Source: an uncultured Smithella sp.
GTDB taxonomy: Bacteria; Desulfobacterota; Syntrophia; Syntrophales; Smithellaceae
NCBI GenBank assembly: GCA_964608995.1
Contig: CAZSQS010000001.1
Coordinates: forward strand, 130,659-194,658
Length of the DNA stretch: 64,000 bases
Direction: 5' to 3'
Part shown: piece after piece, positions 9,463-18,421 of the stretch
How positions within the stretch are numbered: the stretch's first letter is position 1
How the letters are laid out: each line of letters starts with the position of its first letter
Program-made: the position numbers and the translations under genes
The notes under the pieces: generated by a model
Told to the model about the DNA's origin: nothing
Databases searched by the model: none
The model's input: the letters and a program-made list of their open reading frames with translations, nothing else

Positions 9463-10287
9463 GTGAAACGAACGGACATCAAACGAAAAGGCGGGGTCAT
9501 GATGTTATTGAATACCACTCATCTGAAATCATTAATTCGAACTGTCATTTTTTTTATACTTTTTATTTCGACAACATCTGCTTATGTCAAGGCACAAGAC
9601 GCACATGAGATTCAAAACGATATTAAAAAGACATTGCGAGCCTTTAATTATTCAGAAAGCGAATCGGCCATCTTCGAGAAACTTGATGCTTTTCTGCTCA
9701 AAGATTATGGATACACAAACAGGGAATATCTGGACTCCCTGACGGAGCTGGGTATGGATTTATCCGAAGCGGTAAAGGCGATGAATTCCTGTATTGAGGA
9801 AGCGACCGATTACGAGAACCAATTCTCGCGAGAGTGGATCAATGATCTTTTAAGACAGTTTGACAAAGAATATATCCATAAAAATGAGTCTTCCATCCAG
9901 ATTATCCTATATGCGCTATGGGTCAGGGCGTATTACGCTTCCTGTAAAGAAATTGAAAAAGAAGTCATCCACAAGGAAATGCTTTATATGGAGATACGAG
10001 CAAACTACGTTAAATATTTTCTTGAATTTGCGGAAACGCTTGATGATAAGGAAAAAGATATATTTAAAAACAGAATCGCCTATGCTCAATATGTCAATAC
10101 CTTGCCGGATAAAAGTTTAAAGCAACTTCTTGCGGGCAATGGCATCCGGGTTGCCTTATCCTCAAGAGCCGTGAAGACACGAAAAGACGTTGATCCCAAA
10201 CTGGCAGCGTTTTTTTCTCATCATCCGTTCTTCTCCAAGCCGTTTGATCGATTACGTGCGATAAAGGAAATCCGGAAGATTAAATAG
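9463..10287 (+). CDS. Orphan exported, predominantly helical hypothetical protein (start may be 9499)
   Basis: 274-aa ORF with a hydrophobic N-terminal signal (TVIFFILFISTTSAYVKA-Q); AT-rich codon usage. Confidence 0.75.
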   Translation: MKRTDIKRKGGVMMLLNTTHLKSLIRTVIFFILFISTTSAYVKAQDAHEIQNDIKKTLRAFNYSESESAIFEKLDAFLLKDYGYTNREYLDSLTELGMDLSEAVKAMNSCIEEATDYENQFSREWINDLLRQFDKEYIHKNESSIQIILYALWVRAYYASCKEIEKEVIHKEMLYMEIRANYVKYFLEFAETLDDKEKDIFKNRIAYAQYVNTLPDKSLKQLLAGNGIRVALSSRAVKTRKDVDPKLAAFFSHHPFFSKPFDRLRAIKEIRKIK

Positions 10288-10406
10288 CTCGCTTTCGAAC
10301 CTTCTGTTTTTGTCGAGGCGCATGACTTTTGGACTAGCTTAAGACCAAAATACGCTGCTTAGTCCAATCCTTGAAAAACCCACTTCAAAGGGTTACTATC
10401 CTCTTC

Positions 10407-10446
10407 CCACAATACGGGCGTTATGATGCCCGTATTGTGGTCTTTG
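10407..10446 (+). terminator. 13-bp perfect hairpin, probable intrinsic terminator
   Basis: CCACAATACGGGC-GTTATGAT-GCCCGTATTGTGG followed by TCTTTG. Confidence 0.6.
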
Positions 10447-10505
10447 CGTTGGCCTTGCCGACACCTAGGATCCACAAAAAACAGATTGACTTTAGACGCG
10501 ATATG

Positions 10506-10536
10506 TTTAACTATGCGGTTAAACCGAATGGTTAAA
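10506..10536. promoter_or_regulatory. Putative TetR operator (tandem inverted repeats) in the efflux operon promoter
   Basis: TTTAAC-TATGCG-GTTAAA overlapping AACC-GAAT-GGTT, just downstream of TTGACT (10486) and about 40 bp upstream of the TolC start; a TetR gene lies within the operon. Confidence 0.45.
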
Positions 10537-10571
10537 TCTGAATGGGCCACAATTTATTTGAGAGTAGCGAT

Positions 10572-11906
10572 ATGAAAAAAAACAAGATCAGCCTCGCCGC
10601 TTTATTGGTATGCGTTTTCCTGTTTCCGGTTTCGAGTGTTTTTGGACAGACGCCTTTGAGCCTTGAGGACTGCATTATGCTTGGCCTCCAAAACAGCCCG
10701 GCGATGCGCAGCGCCGCCTCCGGCGTCAGGGCAGGCGACGCGCAAAAAAAAGAAGCCCTGACCGGTTTTTTCCCGGAGCTTCGCACATCCTACAGCTATA
10801 CCCGGCTCAATGAAGCACCCGAGTTGAAATTTCCGGGCATACCGCCATCCATTCCCGCCATGAATATTCCGGCAGGCGACCAAAATACGTATTTGTGGGC
10901 GCTCGAGGCCAGACAGCCGCTGTTTGCCGGTGGAAAAATTCTGGCCGGCTATCAGATAAGCGCGATTGTCCATGAGGCCTCACGCGTCAGCGCGAAAGCT
11001 CAGCGTCAGGAGGTGGTCTATGAAGTCAAGGCGGCCTATTTTGATGTCCTTCGCGCCAACAGGATACTGGAGACGGCCAGGCAGTCCGTAGAAATGCTGA
11101 CCCGGCACCAGGATGTGGCGGCCCATTTTTTTCAAGCGGGGCTCATTCCCAAAAATGATTTTCTGCGCGCCGATGTCGCGCTGGCCTTGGGCCAGCAGCG
11201 ACTGATCCGGGCCCAAAATGCGCTCGCGCTGGCCGGAGCGCGCCTCAACACGCTTCTGAAGCGCGATCCGTCCGAGCCGGTTTTGCTTGACGACATTCTT
11301 GACTATTCCCCCATGACGCAATCGTTTGATTCATCCCTGGCTGAGGCTCGCCAGAGGCGGCCGGAGCTTCTCCATGCAAAACTCCGCGCACAGATGGCCG
11401 CCAAACAGGTGGTGGCGGCCCGAAGCGAGTATTGGCCCAAGCTTCAACTGATTGCCAACTATTCCCGCTACGGCGATACGCCGTCGGTGTCCGGCAGTGA
11501 TTTGAGGGACGCCGAAAGCTGGTCGGTGATGGGAATGGCCAGCTGGACGTTTTGGGAATGGGGAAAAACCAAATTCCGCGTCGATGCCTCCCTGGCCGCT
11601 GAAAATCAGGCGATCGACGCCGTCGAGCAACTGGAGGATCACCTGCGGCTGGAGATCCTCAACGCCTATCTGCTGATCAGAGAGGCAGAAAGTCAGATTC
11701 GCGTTTCGGAAAAAGTCATTTTACAGGCCGACGAGAACTTCCGCATTTCCGAGGAGCGATACAAGCAGCGGGTGGCTGCGTCAACCGATGTGCTCGATGC
11801 GCAGACGATCCTGACCCGGGCAAAATTCGACTATGCCAACGCGCTGGCGGACTATGGTATTCAACAGGCCAGGCTTGAGCGGGCGATGGGAACCCTTGGG
11901 TTGTAA
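10572..11906 (+). CDS. TolC-family outer membrane efflux protein
   Basis: Signal peptide MKKNKISLAALLVC...; LSLEDCIMLGLQNSP, FPELRTSYSY, YWPKLQL, two OEP repeats. Confidence 0.93.
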   Translation: MKKNKISLAALLVCVFLFPVSSVFGQTPLSLEDCIMLGLQNSPAMRSAASGVRAGDAQKKEALTGFFPELRTSYSYTRLNEAPELKFPGIPPSIPAMNIPAGDQNTYLWALEARQPLFAGGKILAGYQISAIVHEASRVSAKAQRQEVVYEVKAAYFDVLRANRILETARQSVEMLTRHQDVAAHFFQAGLIPKNDFLRADVALALGQQRLIRAQNALALAGARLNTLLKRDPSEPVLLDDILDYSPMTQSFDSSLAEARQRRPELLHAKLRAQMAAKQVVAARSEYWPKLQLIANYSRYGDTPSVSGSDLRDAESWSVMGMASWTFWEWGKTKFRVDASLAAENQAIDAVEQLEDHLRLEILNAYLLIREAESQIRVSEKVILQADENFRISEERYKQRVAASTDVLDAQTILTRAKFDYANALADYGIQQARLERAMGTLGL

Positions 11907-11920
11907 AGGGGAGGTGCGGT

Positions 11921-12577
11921 TTGAACAGAAATGAAATGGATGCCCAGAAACGGACCCGGACGGCCGACAAGATCTTAACCGCGGCGCGCCAAACCTTTGC
12001 CGAATTCGGTTACAGCGGCACGTCTATGGACGAAATTGCCCGGCGCGCAGGCGTCAACAAGGCCACGCTTTACTACCAGATCGGCGACAAGGATACGCTC
12101 TATGGCGCCGTCATCCATTCAGTGATGGGCCATATCGCTAAAGGTGTCTCCGAGGTGGTGGCGCGGGCGCATGCGCCGGAAGAAAAACTTCGCGCCTATA
12201 TCGCCTTTATGGCCGACGCCATGGATCAAAATCCGGACTTGCCGCCCATCATGATCCGCGAGGTCGCCTCCGGCGGCGCGCATCTGCCGCGCCTGGCCGC
12301 CGAAGACATCGCCTCTGTTTTGACGGTGCTTATGGGGATTCTCGATGAGGGGAAAAAAAGAGGGGTCTTTGCCGACGTCGTTCCCTTTTTGCTTCACGCC
12401 ATGATTATGGGAACGACGCTGCTTTACAAACTGGGGACGCCGATCAAGGATCGGCAAATGTGGGTGCCGCGCGATCTCAAGGCGCGGGATAAAAAGATTA
12501 CGGGATCGCTGGGCGACGAAGTGGCGCGCCTGGTGCTTAAGGCGGTGAAAATAGAAACCGCATCGAAAACAGGTTGA
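11921..12577 (+). CDS. TetR/AcrR-family regulator (CecR-like position)
   Basis: ILTAARQTFAEFGYSGTSMDEIARRAGVNKATLYYQIGDKDTLY HTH; TTG start with GGAGG RBS. Confidence 0.93.
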   Translation: MNRNEMDAQKRTRTADKILTAARQTFAEFGYSGTSMDEIARRAGVNKATLYYQIGDKDTLYGAVIHSVMGHIAKGVSEVVARAHAPEEKLRAYIAFMADAMDQNPDLPPIMIREVASGGAHLPRLAAEDIASVLTVLMGILDEGKKRGVFADVVPFLLHAMIMGTTLLYKLGTPIKDRQMWVPRDLKARDKKITGSLGDEVARLVLKAVKIETASKTG

Positions 12578-12599
12578 TGATTCAACAAGGACAAACGCC

Positions 12600-13613
12600 G
12601 TGAAAAAAATAGTGGGAATAATCGTTCTGGGGCTCCTTTTGGTCAGCGTGGGGGCAGGGGTGTATTTTGGCCAGAAAAATAACCGGGCAGGCGAGCTTCT
12701 GTATTCCGGCACGATTGAGGCCACGGAGGTCACTCTGTCTTTCCAGGCGCCGGGCCGTGTGGCTGAGGTCTATGTCCAGGAGGGCCGTCGCGTGAAAAAA
12801 GGCGAGCTCCTGGCCGAGCTGGATCGCGCCGATTATGAAGCGCGCCACGCGCAGGCCCGGGCCAATCTGACCCGCGCTGAAAAAGCAAAACAACAGGCGC
12901 GCACAGCCCTGAATATCTATGAAAAAACACTTCCCGCCGAGGTCGCCCGCGCCGAAGCCGCGCTTGCCAGCGCAACGGATACGCTGGAAAACGCCAAAAA
13001 GAACTATCTGCGTTTTGAAGAATTATTTCAAAAAGGCGTCGTGTCGGAAAAAGAGCGCGACACGATGAAGCTAAGTTATGACCTCGCCGAGGCTCGCCTC
13101 GCCGAAGCGCAATCCCTTTTGCATTTAGCTAAGGGGAATCTGCCGCGCGCATTGGCGGCCAGGCAGGAGATTGAAGTTGCCGCCTCGCAAATTGAGGCGG
13201 CCCGGGCCGCCTTGCAGCAGGCGGCGGTTCATCTGGACTATACGCGGCTTTTATCGCCGCTTGATGGCGTGGTGACGAGCCGCGCCATTGAGCCTGGCGA
13301 AACCGTCGCTGTGGGGCGCGAAGTGATGACCCTTTCAGATCTTTCGCGGGTGGAGTTGAATATCTTTGTGGAAGAGACGCAAATCGGCCGAATTTCACCG
13401 GGGGCGAAAGCGCAGGTGACCATCGATACCTTCCCAGGGAAAGTTTATGAAGGCGTGGTGTCTTTCGTTTCACCCGAAGGCGAATTTACGCCGAAAATCA
13501 TACAGACGAAAAAGGAACGGGTGCGGCTGGTCTATCGCGTCAAGATCGCCATCGACAATCCGTCTTTGGAGCTTAAAACCGGAATGCCCGCCGACGCTGA
13601 GCTTAAACCCTGA
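12600..13613 (+). CDS. HlyD-family efflux adaptor (YbhG-like)
   Basis: N-terminal TM; SGTIEATEVTLSFQAPGRV, lipoyl halves, EGEFTPKIIQTKKERVRLVYRVK motif. Confidence 0.93.
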   Translation: MKKIVGIIVLGLLLVSVGAGVYFGQKNNRAGELLYSGTIEATEVTLSFQAPGRVAEVYVQEGRRVKKGELLAELDRADYEARHAQARANLTRAEKAKQQARTALNIYEKTLPAEVARAEAALASATDTLENAKKNYLRFEELFQKGVVSEKERDTMKLSYDLAEARLAEAQSLLHLAKGNLPRALAARQEIEVAASQIEAARAALQQAAVHLDYTRLLSPLDGVVTSRAIEPGETVAVGREVMTLSDLSRVELNIFVEETQIGRISPGAKAQVTIDTFPGKVYEGVVSFVSPEGEFTPKIIQTKKERVRLVYRVKIAIDNPSLELKTGMPADAELKP

Positions 13614-13626
13614 AAAAGAGGTGTCC

Positions 13627-14400
13627 ATGACCGCCTTGCCCGAACGACCCGCGTCGATGGTCAGCGTGCGCCACGTCTCCTGGCGCTACAAAGATGTTGA
13701 GGCCCTTGACGATATTTCTCTGGATGTGCCCAAAGGCAGTCTTTTTGGATTTGTTGGCTCCGACGGCGCGGGCAAATCCACCCTCTTGCGTTTGATTGCC
13801 ACACTGATGAAGCCCCGGCAGGGCAAAATCGTAGTGGATGGCCGCAACGTCGCCACCGAGGCGCGTTCGATCAAAAACATTCTCGGTTACATGCCCCAGC
13901 GATTCGGCCTGTATGCGGATTTGACCGTCGCAGAAAATTTTAATTTTTTTCTGGATGTCTTCGGTGTGGCCACCGCCTCCCGAAAAGCCATTCAAGAAAA
14001 GTATCTGGGGTTTTCCAATTTGCTGCCATTTGTTAACAGGCCCGCGGGGCAGCTTTCCGGCGGCATGAAGCAAAAACTGGGGCTGGCCTGCGTTTTGGCG
14101 CATGAGCCCCGGGTGCTGATTCTCGATGAGCCGACCAATGGTGTGGACCCCGTCTCGCGGCGCGAATTCTGGGATATCCTGCTTGGCATGAAAAAAGAAG
14201 GCATGACCCTCCTGGTGTCCACCGCGTATCTGGATGAGGCCAGGCTTTGCGACCAAATTGCGCTGATGCACCGGTCGGTCCTGCTCGATGTGGCGTCGCC
14301 CGACGTGCTGAGCGCGGGTTTTAAAACGTTGGAGGAAGCCGTTATTGCGCGTATTGTCGATGTAGATCAGGAGATTGAACATGACGCCTTCCTGTTCTGA
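13627..14400 (+). CDS. ABC transporter ATPase (YbhF N-half-like)
   Basis: Walker A GSDGAGKST, LSGGMKQ, LILDEPT; ATG 13627 preferred over the overlapping 13447 start. Confidence 0.92.
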   Translation: MTALPERPASMVSVRHVSWRYKDVEALDDISLDVPKGSLFGFVGSDGAGKSTLLRLIATLMKPRQGKIVVDGRNVATEARSIKNILGYMPQRFGLYADLTVAENFNFFLDVFGVATASRKAIQEKYLGFSNLLPFVNRPAGQLSGGMKQKLGLACVLAHEPRVLILDEPTNGVDPVSRREFWDILLGMKKEGMTLLVSTAYLDEARLCDQIALMHRSVLLDVASPDVLSAGFKTLEEAVIARIVDVDQEIEHDAFLF

Positions 14401-15136
14401 CGCCATCTGCGTCGAAAATCTGGAGAAACGTTTCGGAAATTTTATCGCGGTGAACAAAATCAGCTTTCAGGTGAAGCAAGGTGAAATCTTCGGCTTTCTG
14501 GGCGCCAACGGTTCCGGTAAATCCACGACGATCCGGATGCTGTGCGGTATTATGACGCCCACGTCGGGCGCGGGCCGGGTGGCCGGATTCGACATCGTCC
14601 GGCAGCCGGAAAGTGTCAAACAGGCCATCGGCTATATGTCGCAGAAATTTTCTTTGTATGAAGATTTAACGCCGTTTGAAAATCTGCGCTTTTACCTGGG
14701 CGTTTACAGTGTTTCTCCATCCTTGTGGACCGAGCGCATCGCGGGGGTGTTAAAGATGACACGGCTCGAGGAGGCGCGCCATCGGTTGACGCGGGAGCTG
14801 CCGCAAGGCCTGCGCCAGCGGCTGGCTCTGGGCTGCTCGCTTCTGCACCAGCCGAAAGTGTTGTTTCTCGATGAACCGACCTCCGGCGTCGATCCGGTCA
14901 CACGCCGGCGCTTCTGGGCCTTTATCGCGCAAATCGCCGGCAGCGGCACAACCGTTTTCGTAACCACGCATTACATGGATGAAGCGCAGTTTTGCGGGCG
15001 CATCGTCATGATTAACGCAGGCGACATTGTGGCTTCCGGAACGCCGCAGGAAATTATTGCATCCGCCTGCCCCGGCCGTCCCGAGGCCGATTTGAATGAC
15101 GCGTTTATCGCGCTGATGACGAGGTGCCCGTCTTGA
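14381..15136 (+). CDS. ABC transporter ATPase (YbhF C-half-like)
   Basis: GANGSGKST, LPQGLRQR signature variant, LFLDEPTSGVDP, TTHYMDEA; AGGAG RBS before ATG 14381. Confidence 0.92.
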   Translation: MTPSCSDAICVENLEKRFGNFIAVNKISFQVKQGEIFGFLGANGSGKSTTIRMLCGIMTPTSGAGRVAGFDIVRQPESVKQAIGYMSQKFSLYEDLTPFENLRFYLGVYSVSPSLWTERIAGVLKMTRLEEARHRLTRELPQGLRQRLALGCSLLHQPKVLFLDEPTSGVDPVTRRRFWAFIAQIAGSGTTVFVTTHYMDEAQFCGRIVMINAGDIVASGTPQEIIASACPGRPEADLNDAFIALMTRCPS

Positions 15137-16266
15137 ACCCGACGCGACTAAAAGCCATTCTCCGCAAGGAAGTCTTTCATCTTCTTCGAGACACCCAGAG
15201 TCTTTCTCTGGCTTTTGCCGTGCCGCTCGTTTTGATTGTCCTTTTCGGCTATGCGCTTTCCCTGGATGTGGATCAGGTGAAAACAGTTGTCGTGGATTCC
15301 GATCGCTCTTCGGCAAGCCGCGATTTCATCCGCCGCTTCGAGGCGTCAACATATTTTTCTGTTGATGGGTATCTGAGCCGGTCGAAAGATGCTATTGGCG
15401 TACTCGACCGCGACGAGGCGAAGGTCGTCCTCATCATTGGCCCGGATTTTGGAAAAAATCTTCAGGCGGATCGCGAAGCGCGCGTGCAGGTTCTCCTGGA
15501 AGGCAGCGACCCCAATTACGCAGGCATCGTCCGCGGCTACCTCACTGCGCTCGTCGAACAGTATAATCAGAAATTATTGGTCGAGTATTTAAACCGCCGG
15601 GGAATGGAACCCATTTCGCCGCCGGTGGAGGGCCGCATCCGCATCTGGTTTAACGAGGATCTCCAAAGCCGCAACTTCATCGTTCCGGGCATCATCGCCA
15701 TCATCATCATGATTGTGGGCGCGCTTTTGACGTCGCTCATCATCGCGCGCGAGTATGAGCAAGGCACGATGGAGACGCTCAAGTCCCTGCCGCTTAGCGC
15801 AGGCGAGCTTCTGCTGGGAAAGGCGCTGCCCTATTTTGGAATCGGTTTTGCCGATGTGTTGATCGCCATGCTGGGCGGGCAGATTCTTTTTGGCGTGGTG
15901 ATGAAAGGTTCTTTTGGGATCATGATGCTGGCCACCACGCTGTATTTGTGCGTGGCGCTGGCGTTGGGCCTCACCATCTCCACGCTGACGAAGTCGCAGC
16001 TTGTCGCCAATCAGGCGGCCATTTTAATCACCTACCTGCCGTCGGTGCTGCTTTCCAATTTTGTTTTCCCGATTGCCAACATGCCGAAGTTTCTGCAGGC
16101 CATCACGTATATCGTTCCGGCAAGATACTACATTGACATTCTGGGCGGCCTGTATCTGCGCAACACGAACTTAGCCTACCTGTGGCCGAGTCTGGCGGTG
16201 CTGGCCCTGATGGCCGCGGGGTTGACCGCCATCAGTTATCTGCTTTTGAAGAGGGAAGGGCTATGA
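15124..16266 (+). CDS. ABC-2 permease (YbhS-like)
   Basis: LRKE...LFGYALSLDV, IWFNEDLQSRNFIVPG, AREYEQGTMETL, C-terminal TMs. Confidence 0.92.
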   Translation: MPVLNPTRLKAILRKEVFHLLRDTQSLSLAFAVPLVLIVLFGYALSLDVDQVKTVVVDSDRSSASRDFIRRFEASTYFSVDGYLSRSKDAIGVLDRDEAKVVLIIGPDFGKNLQADREARVQVLLEGSDPNYAGIVRGYLTALVEQYNQKLLVEYLNRRGMEPISPPVEGRIRIWFNEDLQSRNFIVPGIIAIIIMIVGALLTSLIIAREYEQGTMETLKSLPLSAGELLLGKALPYFGIGFADVLIAMLGGQILFGVVMKGSFGIMMLATTLYLCVALALGLTISTLTKSQLVANQAAILITYLPSVLLSNFVFPIANMPKFLQAITYIVPARYYIDILGGLYLRNTNLAYLWPSLAVLALMAAGLTAISYLLLKREGL

Positions 16267-17384
16267 GCGCTCTGAGAATTCGGGAACTGGTGCGCAAGGA
16301 ATTTCTTCAGCTTTTTCGTGACAAGCGAATCCGGATGGTGCTTTTTGTGGCCCCCTTTCTGCAGATGCTGGTTTTCGGCTATGTGGTCAATTACGACATC
16401 CGCAACATTTCGATGGCGTTTCTGGACTATTCGCACACGGCTGAAAGCCGCCGTCTGGCCGAGGCTTTCACGGGCGGCCGCATTTTTGCGATCAAGCAGT
16501 ATTTAAAGGATGAGCGCGAGCTCGAAGAGGCGCTCCTGCGGGGAAAGGTGGATATGGCGGTGGTGGTGGGCCCCGATTTTGCAAATCGTATCCGCAAAGG
16601 CCAAAGCGCCGCCGTGCAGATTCTCGCCGATGGCTCGATGAGCAATATGGCCTCGATGCGCATGGCCTACACGATGAGCGTTCTGGAAAAATACAACCGC
16701 GAGATGCTCAGGGAGCTCTATCCGATGTCCATGTCGTATGGCCGAGTGGATGCGCGCCTTCGCGCCTGGTACAACCCGAACCTCGACAGCCGGCACTTTT
16801 TTGTTCCGGGAATTGTCGCCTTCCTGGTCATGCTGTTGTCGCTCCTTTTGACGTCAATTGCGATCATCCGGGAAAAAGAAGCGGGCACGATGGAGCAGTT
16901 GATCGTGACCCCGATAACGGCGGTTGAACTGATCATCGGCAAGACCATCCCCTATATTATTGTGTCTCTGGGGCAAATGATGGCGGTCATTGTGGTGGCG
17001 ATCCTCTGGTTTGATATTCCGCTTCGGGGCAGCATTCCCTTGCTGCTTTTCGCCTCGTGTCTGTTTTTACTGAGCACACTGGGCATCGGGCTTTTTATTT
17101 CGACCGTCTCCACGACGCAGCAGCAGGCGATGATGGCCACCTTCATGATCATCCTGCCCTTTTTTATGCTGAGCGGTTTTGTTTTCCCTATCGCCAATAT
17201 GCCCGAGGGAATCCAGTGGCTGACGCTTTTAAACCCGCTTCGCTATTTTCTGGTGATTATCCGCGGAATCTTTCTCAAGGGGGTGTCGCTGGAGGTGCTC
17301 TGGCCGCAGTTTCTGGCGCTGGCCATTTTGGGCATCATCGTTTTTTCCGGCGCGATGCTGCGCTTTAAAAAGCGTTTGGATTAA
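16263..17384 (+). CDS. ABC-2 permease (YbhR-like)
   Basis: ATGA overlap with the previous stop; WYNPNLDSRHFFVPG, IIREKEAGTMEQLIVTP. Confidence 0.92.
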   Translation: MSALRIRELVRKEFLQLFRDKRIRMVLFVAPFLQMLVFGYVVNYDIRNISMAFLDYSHTAESRRLAEAFTGGRIFAIKQYLKDERELEEALLRGKVDMAVVVGPDFANRIRKGQSAAVQILADGSMSNMASMRMAYTMSVLEKYNREMLRELYPMSMSYGRVDARLRAWYNPNLDSRHFFVPGIVAFLVMLLSLLLTSIAIIREKEAGTMEQLIVTPITAVELIIGKTIPYIIVSLGQMMAVIVVAILWFDIPLRGSIPLLLFASCLFLLSTLGIGLFISTVSTTQQQAMMATFMIILPFFMLSGFVFPIANMPEGIQWLTLLNPLRYFLVIIRGIFLKGVSLEVLWPQFLALAILGIIVFSGAMLRFKKRLD

Positions 17385-17390
17385 AGAACA

Positions 17391-17430
17391 GGCTGCGTCT
17401 CGCTTTTGAGAATTCGGGCGAAACGCAGCC
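17391..17430. terminator. Hairpin between convergent genes (probably bidirectional terminator)
   Basis: GGCTGCGTCTCGC...GCGAAACGCAGCC. Confidence 0.55.
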
Positions 17431-17457
17431 GTTTAGATAAAGAGTTGCGGGCGTCAA

Positions 17458-18180
17458 TTATTCCTTTACTTCTGGTGGCGCCTCGGAGACGTCCAGAAGC
17501 TCCACTTCATAGATCAGCAGGCTTCCGCCCGGAATGACGGGCGGATTTCCCATGTCGCCATAGGCGGTCTCCGGCGGGCAGTAAAATTTTGCCTTGCCGC
17601 CGACTTTCATGAGTTCCACACCTTCCGAAAAACACTGCAGGATTTGTCCCACAATATACTCCGAGGGCTTCTCGCGTTTGTAAGTGCTGTCAAATTCCTT
17701 TCCATTGATAAACGTGGCCGTGTAGTGAACCTTAATTTGCTTGCCTTCGGTGGGTTTGGCTCCGGCGCCCGCCGATATTTCCTGAAAAACAACACCCGAG
17801 GCGGTTTTTTTTGCGCCTTTTTCCGAGGCGGCTTTTTTGAGATACTCAAGCGCGGCCGCTTTGCGCTTTTCACGGCGCTCATCGATAATTTTGCGAAGTT
17901 GCGGCATGCTGGCGTCCGGTTCCGTGGCCAGTTTGTTGCCCGCCACCGCATCGGCCAGCCCCATTTGAACATATTTCCCCTCTTCGGGTGTCAGTTCCAG
18001 CTGGTAGGCGTCTCGATGCATAAACACTCCCAGCGAATAAAAGGCCTTCTCGTCGTCGTTTTTCAGAACGATCTCTGAGGCCTTGTCCTTTGCCTCCTTC
18101 GCAGAAGGCGCAGGAGATTGAGAGCAGGCGCACAAAACCGAGAGGGCGACTACAATCATCATCATGTTCCGGATCATCAT
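17458..18180 (-). CDS. FKBP-type peptidyl-prolyl isomerase (FkpA/Mip-like), lipoprotein signal
   Basis: LSVLCAC lipobox; VKVHY-like IKVHYTATFINGKEFDSTYKR; MKVGGKAKFYCPPETAYG...IPGGSLLIYEVELL. Confidence 0.93.
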   Translation of the reverse strand: MMIRNMMMIVVALSVLCACSQSPAPSAKEAKDKASEIVLKNDDEKAFYSLGVFMHRDAYQLELTPEEGKYVQMGLADAVAGNKLATEPDASMPQLRKIIDERREKRKAAALEYLKKAASEKGAKKTASGVVFQEISAGAGAKPTEGKQIKVHYTATFINGKEFDSTYKREKPSEYIVGQILQCFSEGVELMKVGGKAKFYCPPETAYGDMGNPPVIPGGSLLIYEVELLDVSEAPPEVKE

Positions 18181-18332
18181 TTTTTTTCATCCTCCTTAAG
18201 ATCAATAGGGTATTTTTATCTAAAATAAAAACGCGTTCAAGTCATCATAAATTTCAAGTTCCTGCAACAGATTCCTGTCCCCGCGGGGCGTTGACCCTCC
18301 TGGAAAATATCCGACGGCTTTTTATGGAGGGT

Positions 18333-18365
18333 AAAAAAATCCGGGTGGATTTTCATCCACCCGGA
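18333..18365 (-). terminator. Intrinsic terminator of hydrolase copy 1
   Basis: Minus strand CCGGGTGGAT-GAAA-ATCCACCCGG followed by ATTTTTTT. Confidence 0.85.
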
Positions 18366-18421
18366 AAGGGTTTCTTCCTCTGAAAGTTCAACCAGAGGAT
18401 AGGGTTCAAGGTTAACCGGGG

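Noticed and set aside
10572-18180. TolC/HlyD/ABC operon or FKBP as a dedicated secretion/folding system for the hydrolases
   Set aside because: The hydrolases have Sec signal peptides rather than type I signals; the ABC is drug-efflux (ABC-2) type; terminators separate the units.
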